Assembly (NCBI RefSeq): GCF_021596945.1
Contig: NZ_CP063779.1
Coordinates: forward strand, 1,275,592-1,339,591
From: Mongoliitalea daihaiensis
Lineage (GTDB): Bacteria; Bacteroidota; Bacteroidia; Cytophagales; Cyclobacteriaceae
Length of the DNA stretch: 64,000 bases
Reading direction: 5' to 3'
This document shows, piece by piece, positions 10,538-17,488 of this stretch (its first letter is position 1; the number at the start of each line of letters is the position of its first letter). The notes below the pieces were generated by a model. That model searched no databases and had not been told where the DNA came from. It saw only the letters and a list, made by a program, of their open reading frames with translations. The translations under genes were made by a program, and so were the position numbers.

Positions 10538-10907
10538 GGATATTGATTGATATTGGTTAGTCCTTTGACTGAAATAAGGGTGAAATAATGTAGAAATAAT
10601 TTGAAATAAGGAGGGTAAGGATATTGATTGATATTGGATACTTAGATATTGGGGGGAAAAAAAACCTTTGCGCTCGTGGCGATACTCGTAGCGGACGTGG
10701 CGTGAACTAGTATTTTGAAATAAAGTGGAAATAAAGTAGAAATAAATTGAAATATTGGATGGTGTTCTTCAAGACCAATTTGCGTCAGCAAAGTATCTGT
10801 GATCATCACTTGCTAAAAAAGGATATTGATTGATACTTGGATATTGGTGGCGTATCAAAAAAAACCTTTGCGCTCGTGGCGAAAGTCGTTGCGGCCGTTG
10901 CGTGAAC
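10538..10907. repeat. Composite intergenic repeat array: 3 copies of GGATATTGATTGATA(T/C)T(T)GG, 2 clusters of four helically phased GAAATAA, and 2 copies of a 51-bp GC-rich element that itself contains a triple TCGTNGCG direct repeat
   Basis: GGATATTGATTGATATTGG occurs at 10538, 10619 and 10821. GAAATAA occurs at 10572/10582/10593/10603 and again at 10717/10728/10739/10749, with about 10.5-bp spacing. AAAAAAAACCTTTGCGCTCGTGGCGA..GCGTGAAC occurs at 10657-10707 and 10857-10907 with an exact 200-bp period. Each copy contains TCGTGGCG..TCGT(A/T)GCG..CGT(G/T)GCG. The array ends 28 bp before the ATG at 10936. Confidence 0.7.
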
Positions 10908-10935
10908 CCTTTTCGGACAAGAAAAATAGAAATTT

Positions 10936-11364
10936 ATGAAAAAAATTGGAAGCTTGGTTTTGGTGATGTTCTTGTTTGCTTCGGCTGTAGTTGGGCAAAC
11001 GGAAGCGGAGGAGCGAGAGGCGATTGCGGCGACAGTGCAGTTGTATTTTGATGGAATGGTGCAGCGGGATAGAAATAAACTGGATCAGGCTTTTGATGCC
11101 AATGCTCGATTGATAGGTTTCCGGGGAGAAAACTTTACTGTTACTCCTTATGAACAATGGGCCTCCGGTACTGCCCAAGGAACGCCTCGCAATCCTGCTG
11201 ATTTCGATAATCGCTTGATCAACATTGAATTCAAAGGCTACATGGCCTCAGCCACTACCGAACTCTTTTGGCCGGGGGTGTATTACTACGATTATCTGAC
11301 CTTACTCAAAATCGATGGGCAATGGAAGATTGTGCATAAGTCTTGGATTGAGGAAAAACGATAA
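10936..11364 (+). CDS. Secreted NTF2-like fold protein (putative lumazine-binding / SnoaL-like family)
   Basis: 142 aa with a signal peptide (LFASAVVGQ). It has an IAATVQLYFDGMVQRD.. motif and an overall alpha+beta cone pattern typical of NTF2-like or Lumazine_bd_2 proteins. Confidence 0.5.
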   Translation: MKKIGSLVLVMFLFASAVVGQTEAEEREAIAATVQLYFDGMVQRDRNKLDQAFDANARLIGFRGENFTVTPYEQWASGTAQGTPRNPADFDNRLINIEFKGYMASATTELFWPGVYYYDYLTLLKIDGQWKIVHKSWIEEKR

Positions 11365-11391
11365 AAGGGGCCTTTTAAGCCCCTTTTTTTT
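11363..11391. terminator. Bidirectional Rho-independent terminator
   Basis: AAAAGGGGC / loop CTTTTAA / GCCCCTTTT, followed by a T-run. It sits between the convergent NTF2-like gene (+) and the T9SS cargo gene (-). Confidence 0.65.
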
Positions 11392-13051
11392 AGTTTTTCA
11401 ATACTTTTATATGTTCTATTTTTCGTTCCCATTGGATTTCAACGACGAAAATACCTTTTGGAACGCGGGAAATCTGAAGTGCTAGTTGATTGTTCATTTC
11501 TATTTCTGTATTCACCGTGATGGGGGCTGTTTGAAAGAGTGGATGTACCAATCTAAAGGTAATTGGTTCATCCCCATAATTTGAACGATCCAATAAACCC
11601 ACTTTGAATGTCGATCCATTTGTAGGATTAGGGAATGCTCTCCAGACGCCTTGGGTGGTTTCCATTCTTGGAACCTGACGAACTGATAACACTTCAGAAT
11701 ACTCGGATTTCCCATTGAAATCCACTTGTTTCAAACGGTAAAGCAGATTCCCACCTGTGAGTGGTAGATTTTTATCCTCGAAGTTGTAGTGAGTTAACTC
11801 ATCAGACCATCCTCTAGCATCCACTTCACCAATTTTGTGGAATTTATTCCCCCTATCTGCTCTTTCTATTTCAAAATGTGAAGCCTCCCATTCCTTAGTT
11901 GTAGACCAACGGAAATTTATCGCACGTTGCTCAGGATTAAATGTAAGGGTAAGGTCAGCGTATATTACTGGTAAAATTGTAAAATCAATCAATAACGTAA
12001 AGCATCTAGAAATCCCATTTTCATCAATGATAATCAATTCATAATCTCCTTCACCCAATCCTGAAAAATCTAGTTCTGTAATTGTTGTTGCTGTGTTATC
12101 GGATAAATTAATTAAAATTATTCTGTAATCTTCAACGTCACCCGGTAAATCTTCGATGACGAAACCACCGATAAAAGGATTTTGACTTGTCAGAATTGGT
12201 GTTACTTTAGCGCTAAATGCTTCGGTGTTCCAAATTAGGTTTTCAGGTGGAACCTGCATTACTAAACTTGGGTTATTTCTGTCTATTACACGTAATTGTA
12301 CATCGATAGCATCCCCTGGTTGAAATGGCACCCTAATTGCGAAATCAGTTAGATTTTCAGATCTATTTTCACCATTTACTGTCCAAATGAAGTCAAAATT
12401 CCCGCTTCCTCCTGCTAAATCTGTAAGACTAAAAATGATTTCAGTGTCACCATTTTCATCAAAACAATCAGCAACAGCCCCGAAATCATAAAAAAAGCCA
12501 TCAATTGAAACCCTCCTCACATCAGGGTACCTAATACAAATACCAGTATTACCTTGATAGTTTTCACAAATAGGGGCTAAATTATTCCTGTTTAACCAAA
12601 CTGCGTTTATTTCACGTAGTTCAAGTCTTTGATTTAAACAATTGAAGTTGGCTGGTCTTGGGATTGTTCTTGTTACAGAGACAAGTCCAGATCCATTAGG
12701 GAGTGTTCCCATGTTAAAGAGTACGTCTTGTGCAAATTGTTCCGAACCATCAATTGTAGAAACTAGAAAAAGAGCAGCTCCTATAAATGTGTTATGTTTT
12801 TCACCACCTGACACACTATTGTATTGAAAAGAAATAGTTATGAAATCCTCATTGTTATCACAGTTATCTACAGTTATAGGCGATCCCGATTCATCTTGAA
12901 TTCTAAAATTGAGTAATAAAAGCTGGTCTGCATTTCTATTACCTCCACATATTAGACAATCTCTTGTAACATCCCCAAACCCCTCTACTACCACGCCCAA
13001 AAGCAGAAAAAAAAGAAAAAGCGTTCCGAGTTTTGTACGAAAAGTTGCCAT
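11390..13051 (-). CDS. T9SS-secreted cargo protein A (signal peptide, unknown N-terminal region, conserved pre-CTD module, Por_Secre_tail CTD)
   Basis: 553 aa. Signal peptide MATFRTKLGTLFLFFLLLGVVVEG. The C-terminus has ..WSTTKEWEASHFEIERADRGNKFHKIGEVDARGWSDELTHYNFEDKNLPLTGGNLLYRLKQVDFNGKSEYSEVLSV.., followed by a FPNPTNG..KGIFVVEI..IKVLKN T9SS type-A sorting domain. Confidence 0.7.
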   Translation of the reverse strand: MATFRTKLGTLFLFFLLLGVVVEGFGDVTRDCLICGGNRNADQLLLLNFRIQDESGSPITVDNCDNNEDFITISFQYNSVSGGEKHNTFIGAALFLVSTIDGSEQFAQDVLFNMGTLPNGSGLVSVTRTIPRPANFNCLNQRLELREINAVWLNRNNLAPICENYQGNTGICIRYPDVRRVSIDGFFYDFGAVADCFDENGDTEIIFSLTDLAGGSGNFDFIWTVNGENRSENLTDFAIRVPFQPGDAIDVQLRVIDRNNPSLVMQVPPENLIWNTEAFSAKVTPILTSQNPFIGGFVIEDLPGDVEDYRIILINLSDNTATTITELDFSGLGEGDYELIIIDENGISRCFTLLIDFTILPVIYADLTLTFNPEQRAINFRWSTTKEWEASHFEIERADRGNKFHKIGEVDARGWSDELTHYNFEDKNLPLTGGNLLYRLKQVDFNGKSEYSEVLSVRQVPRMETTQGVWRAFPNPTNGSTFKVGLLDRSNYGDEPITFRLVHPLFQTAPITVNTEIEMNNQLALQISRVPKGIFVVEIQWERKIEHIKVLKN

Positions 13052-13180
13052 GGTTTCTATCTGTTAAAAACTAGTCAATTATTTGCATTACAAATGTACT
13101 TTTTCGCGGTTGATAAAAAAAGTAATGTCTATAAAATTTTGTATTTCATGGCTAAAAATTTGCAGATGATAGTGTTTTGG

Positions 13181-13210
13181 CAAAAAAAAGACAGCCATTT
13201 AGCTGTCCTT
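13181..13210 (-). terminator. Rho-independent terminator of T9SS cargo gene B
   Basis: Read on the minus strand: AAGGACAGC / loop / GCTGTCTTTTTTTTG. It lies immediately downstream of the stop at 13233. Confidence 0.55.
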
Positions 13211-13232
13211 TCTTTATTGAATTTAGTCCCTT

Positions 13233-14501
13233 TTATTGTTTCATCACTTTTATCTGTTCTTTTTGATTGCCCCAAGCAACTTCTACGATGTATAAGCCAT
13301 TGGTTGATTTTTGAAATGCTTGGCTGATGGTATCCGAGAGTTGTCTAACGTCTTTTCCAGAGAACACTTCTTGCTTTCCTACTGGGGATACTAATTTTAC
13401 AATCACCAATTCATCTGCATAAGCTGCACGGTTGGCCAATTCCAAGTTGAAGCGCTCTCCTCCTTTGTTAGGATTAGGGAAGGCTTTCCATACATTACTT
13501 ACATTGGCAGCACCCGGGATTCTTACGGCCACTACTTCGCTGTATGCGTATGTTCCATCAAAATCCACTTGCTTTAATCTGTAGTAAGCCATGCCACCTG
13601 AAAGTGGAAGTTTAGCATCTTCAAATGAATAGGTTACGACCTCATCTGAGAAACCAACACCGTCTACTTCGCCCATGGTTTCGAAAGAATTTACCTGATC
13701 GATAGCACGCTCGATTTCGAAGTGAGAGTTTTCCCATTCTTTGGCTGTTGCCCAAGTAAGCGATACTGAACGGTTTTTAAGATTTAAATTTCCTTTAACG
13801 TATACAAACTCTACTGGAAGACCAATACCCAATCCAAATGCACAAATGCCTGTGGTACTAGAAGTCCATGAAATATTTGTCGTACTGCTTGAAGTTACAG
13901 GGCTATTGTTTACACAGTCTATAGGTCCAGTTGCACCTGTAATGTTTACTTCGCCATTTATCTGGATAGTTGCGTTATCAAAATTTAGTTTCGCATTCGG
14001 TCCATTTAATACGATATCTACACCGTCAAAAATGAATCTATTTCTAGTATTTGAGCCACTAGAATTAAAGTTGACAGTTCCTCCATCCTCAACGCATATT
14101 ATTGTATTGCGGAGATCGGAAATCCAAGCCAAGTTTAGGGTTGCACCATTTCTTACAATTATACGTCCTTTTTGGCTAGCAGTTCCTTCTATTGAAAATG
14201 CTGCTCTGTTTGCATTATTGTTTGCTGTTCCAAGAGCTACGTTTGCACCTGACTCAACGATTATTCCTCTAATTGTTGTGGAGTTAGATGTTTCCCAAAC
14301 GTGAAAACCACTACCGCTTACCTTTACAACAGAGCTTGAAGATATAGCGTTATTTGCAAAACTAATTTGATTTGGCCTTGCCTCAGTACCAGTAGAATTT
14401 GTTACTTGATTTGTGAATGGTACTTCAGAACAGCTGTTCGCTTGAACTTGAAGCGCAACCAAAATTAATGTAAAGGCGAAGAAACTAATTTTACGAAGCA
14501 T
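13233..14501 (-). CDS. T9SS-secreted cargo protein B: Asn/Thr-rich predicted beta-helix region, pre-CTD module and CTD. The start is set at the internal Met that begins the signal peptide.
   Basis: The ORF track extends to 14621, but MLRKISFFAFTLILVALQVQA at 14501 is a canonical signal peptide and the upstream 40 codons lack protein-like composition. NxT/S-rich repeats follow. The C-terminus has LTWATAKEWENSHFEIERAIDQVNSFETMGEVDGVGFSDEVVTYSFEDAKLPLSGGMAYYRLKQVDFDGTYAYSEVVAVR, then FPNPNKG..GLYIVEVAWGNQKEQIKVMKQ. Confidence 0.7.
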   Translation of the reverse strand: MLRKISFFAFTLILVALQVQANSCSEVPFTNQVTNSTGTEARPNQISFANNAISSSSVVKVSGSGFHVWETSNSTTIRGIIVESGANVALGTANNNANRAAFSIEGTASQKGRIIVRNGATLNLAWISDLRNTIICVEDGGTVNFNSSGSNTRNRFIFDGVDIVLNGPNAKLNFDNATIQINGEVNITGATGPIDCVNNSPVTSSSTTNISWTSSTTGICAFGLGIGLPVEFVYVKGNLNLKNRSVSLTWATAKEWENSHFEIERAIDQVNSFETMGEVDGVGFSDEVVTYSFEDAKLPLSGGMAYYRLKQVDFDGTYAYSEVVAVRIPGAANVSNVWKAFPNPNKGGERFNLELANRAAYADELVIVKLVSPVGKQEVFSGKDVRQLSDTISQAFQKSTNGLYIVEVAWGNQKEQIKVMKQ

Positions 14502-14617
14502 ATTTATTAGGGATGTGTCGGGTGTATAAGACAACGACACAAAAATATATACAAAAATGTATTTCACAAAATAAAAAACGAATTTTAAACAAAAAATTTT
14601 GCAGTTGGTAACAAGTG

Positions 14618-16984
14618 TCACATTTTGTAAATTTTGTGTATTTCGATCTTATTTCCCCACCTTACCTCTAAAATATAGACTCCACGCTCTAGTATTTGTA
14701 GGTTTTGACCTATTTCTCTGCTTATTTCAGTTAGATTTCTCCCACTAATGGTAAATTTCTTTCCTGTTGTAGCAATCAAATGAATTTGTAAAGATTCATC
14801 TTGATAGGAATCGGTGTTCAATAAATCCAAGGTAAATGCATGGCCAGTAGTAGGGTTAGGGTAGGTAACCCATACTTTTCCATCTGTTTGTTGTGGGAAG
14901 GTGCGAACTCCCACCACATCGCTGTATGCATAGGTTCCATCAAAATCCACTTGTCTTAAGCGATAATAGGCCATTCCTCCCGCCATGGGCAGACGGTCGT
15001 CTACAAATGTGTAGGAAACTGGAACATCTGAGAAGCCAGCTCCTTCCACTTCTCCGATTGTTTGGAAATCCTGAACCTGATTGATCGCTCGTTCGATTTC
15101 AAAGTGTGAGTTTTCCCATTCTTTGCCCGTAGCCCATTGCAGAGTCACTGCTCGCTGTGAGGAATTAAATGAGCCATTGAAGTAAAGGTATTCTACAGGT
15201 GTGATTACAAATCGCTTTCTAATAATGACTATTCCATCGGTACCGTTTCCACCACCTAATGAGCCAGCCCCGCCTCCTGATCCTGGAGTTCTGCCATTTC
15301 CTCCATTTCCTGAATTATTCCCATTTCCTCCAACTCCGGAGCCACCATCCCCAGGTGTATTTTGCCCAGTTCCACCGCCACCTCCCGAGTAAATAACAAG
15401 TTCACCACTAATACTCTGAGCAGACCCATCTCCTCCGGGTCCTCCAGGGTTGCCATTGCCATTGGCAACATTTGGAGCAGCCCCTCCAGCCCCTCCGCCT
15501 CCAGCTCCAGATCTATTTCCTCCCCCTGAATTATTTGCTTGTCCCCCTCTGTTTCCTTGTCCTGCTTGATTATTTCCTCCGCTACCTCCAGCGTTTGCAC
15601 CTCCGCCCCCAGACCCACCAGGGTTTCCACTTAATACCCCATTACTGTTTGAACCACCTCCACCACCTCCGACAGCTACAAAATTTAAAAAACTAGAATT
15701 GGTTCCATTTCCTCCGCGAGAATTAATAGAAGTAGATCCAAGACCACCTGTTCCAACGATAACGGGTAGTACATCTCCAGGATTTAAATTGACAGAAGAA
15801 TTATAAATCAGTCCTCCCGCACCGCCACCGCCAGCACTTGTTCCTCTACCACCACCACCGCCTCCCGCGACTACAAGGATCTCCGCTTCATCAAAGGGTT
15901 CTTCATCTTCAGATAATGCAGGGACTGTCCAACCTGTGCTACATCTGAAAATGTAAATCCTTTCAAACACCTGTTCGGAACCTGAGGCAATGGCAGGTAA
16001 TTCAATAATTTCCAAGCAACCAGTTCTTTGCCCAATAAAAACTTGCCCATTGCGGCAAATTCCACCTGAAGTTTGAAACTTATTGGTAAAGAGTATACCG
16101 TTATTTCCATTTAAACACCCTGCTCCAGTTATATCCCCACCCACGTTTAGGTAATTGGGCTGATTGTTATCTCCTGCGGAAACATTGGCGCCCCCATTCA
16201 TGGTAAGGTTACCAGCAATATCCAAAAAGCCATGTATAGCGATGTTTCCGTCATTTTGAACATTCCCACCTATATTACCACCACTCACACTGAATGATCC
16301 GCTACCATTATTGGTAAGGTTGCCCCCTATGTTGATGGTGCCAGCGGATGAATTGGTCTGCCCATTGCTTTGATAGTTGCCGCCTACGCCTAATGTGCCT
16401 GAATTAGAAACCTGTGCCCCACCATTGACCGTAAAGTTTCCTGAAACTGATGAGGTACCGGAAAGATTGAGTGAGCCATTGATTGTAAAGTCTCCATTGC
16501 GGATAAAAGTCCCTGTACTGTTGATCGTTCGTCCGGAATTGAGGTTAGCAAAATTGACGGTCAATGTCCCCGAGTTGTTAATGGTCCAGTTACCATTGTA
16601 ATCGTTGCGTGCCGTAAATATTCCAAAATTATTGATGGTAGCTAAGCTGCTTAGACTATTGAAATCAGCATTTACTGTCACTCCTTGTTCGATACAGATA
16701 ATTACATTTTGCGCATTATTGAAATTAATTGCTGTTGTTCTATTGGCAGCAATACATACCCGTATCCCATTGGCATTATTGGGTATAGTAGGTCCTCCTG
16801 TGGAATTGAACGTAAAATCACAGGTGTTGCAAGATTGTGCCTCAGCATTGATGAACATTCCTGGAACTAGGGCCAAGAATAAGGAAATCATCAAATAACT
16901 AAACTCCAATTTTTTTGCACTCTTTTTGTACTTTTTTAATAACAGCTTTTCGATAGGTGACGGCATCTTTGGTGTTATTTGCAT
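14618..16984 (-). CDS. T9SS-secreted cargo protein C: Asn-rich beta-helix-like repeats, a long Gly-rich low-complexity region, pre-CTD module and CTD
   Basis: 788 aa. About 14-residue N-x-(S/T)-G periodic repeats (TINNSGTLTVNF..TINSTGTF..). A 200-aa stretch of GGGGxG/GNGxNS. The C-terminus has VTLQWATGKEWENSHFEIERAINQVQDFQTIGEVEGAGFSDVPVSYTFVDDRLPMAGGMAYYRLRQVDFDGTYAYSDVVGVR, then YPNPTTG..GVYILEVRWGNKIEIHKIYKM. The true start may be Met32 (MISLFLALVPGMFINAEA, at 16891). Confidence 0.7.
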   Translation of the reverse strand: MQITPKMPSPIEKLLLKKYKKSAKKLEFSYLMISLFLALVPGMFINAEAQSCNTCDFTFNSTGGPTIPNNANGIRVCIAANRTTAINFNNAQNVIICIEQGVTVNADFNSLSSLATINNFGIFTARNDYNGNWTINNSGTLTVNFANLNSGRTINSTGTFIRNGDFTINGSLNLSGTSSVSGNFTVNGGAQVSNSGTLGVGGNYQSNGQTNSSAGTINIGGNLTNNGSGSFSVSGGNIGGNVQNDGNIAIHGFLDIAGNLTMNGGANVSAGDNNQPNYLNVGGDITGAGCLNGNNGILFTNKFQTSGGICRNGQVFIGQRTGCLEIIELPAIASGSEQVFERIYIFRCSTGWTVPALSEDEEPFDEAEILVVAGGGGGGRGTSAGGGGAGGLIYNSSVNLNPGDVLPVIVGTGGLGSTSINSRGGNGTNSSFLNFVAVGGGGGGSNSNGVLSGNPGGSGGGGANAGGSGGNNQAGQGNRGGQANNSGGGNRSGAGGGGAGGAAPNVANGNGNPGGPGGDGSAQSISGELVIYSGGGGGTGQNTPGDGGSGVGGNGNNSGNGGNGRTPGSGGGAGSLGGGNGTDGIVIIRKRFVITPVEYLYFNGSFNSSQRAVTLQWATGKEWENSHFEIERAINQVQDFQTIGEVEGAGFSDVPVSYTFVDDRLPMAGGMAYYRLRQVDFDGTYAYSDVVGVRTFPQQTDGKVWVTYPNPTTGHAFTLDLLNTDSYQDESLQIHLIATTGKKFTISGRNLTEISREIGQNLQILERGVYILEVRWGNKIEIHKIYKM

Positions 16985-17393
16985 TTATTAATGTTGATTG
17001 AAGTTGAATCTAAAAATAATGCAAAACAAAAAATTAGGTGATAAAATAACTTTATTGATGTATTCAGTTTTTTTGACTTTACAAAATGCAATTTAAAATG
17101 TTTGAAAAAACGACAAAACTAAAAAAATCGTAGAAAATTTTTGAGATAAGAATAATCATTGACCGATTAAATGCAATAAAACACCAATAATGGAAGTGAT
17201 GGGAGTATGTATTTTCATTTTTGAGGCTGCTTTTTAACTCAGCTCAATTTGAACTTTTTGAAGTGGTTTTTGACCTTTATGAAGTTTTGAAAAATAGATA
17301 GTTACCTGAATAGTGCTTAAGTTTTTGATGAAGTTTAGATACTTCAATGGTATCAATAAATGCTGGGAAAAGAGGATAGGAAAATCAAGCTAA

Positions 17394-17430
17394 CAAAAAA
17401 GCCCCTTAGAATACCAATAGTCTAAGGGGC
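17394..17430 (-). terminator. Rho-independent terminator of T9SS cargo gene D
   Basis: GCCCCTTAGA / 10-nt loop / TCTAAGGGGC (10-bp perfect stem), followed on the minus strand by a T6 run. It lies 60 bp downstream of the stop at 17489. Confidence 0.7.
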
Positions 17431-17488
17431 TGCATAAGATTTGATATTTCCTATTATGGTAGGTATACGTTGGTTTGTTGTGTCTTTC

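Noticed and set aside
10538-10907. Possibility that the intergenic repeats are a CRISPR array or a MITE
   Set aside because: There is no regular repeat-spacer-repeat organisation and the repeats have heterogeneous lengths (19, 7 and 51 bp). There are no terminal inverted repeats or target-site duplications, and no cas genes are nearby.
14502-14621. A 40-codon N-terminal extension of T9SS cargo gene B (ORF-track start at 14621)
   Set aside because: The extension (MTLVTNCKIFCLKFVFYFVKYIFVYIFVSLSYTPDTSLIN) reads like translated AT-rich intergenic DNA. A canonical signal peptide begins at the internal Met at 14501, so the shorter gene is reported.
15201-15696. Plus-strand poly-Pro/Leu ORFs and a minus-strand out-of-frame 124-aa ORF within the Gly-rich region of cargo gene C
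   Set aside because: They are reverse-complement or frame-shifted readings of a GGN-repeat tract. They have no independent coding evidence.
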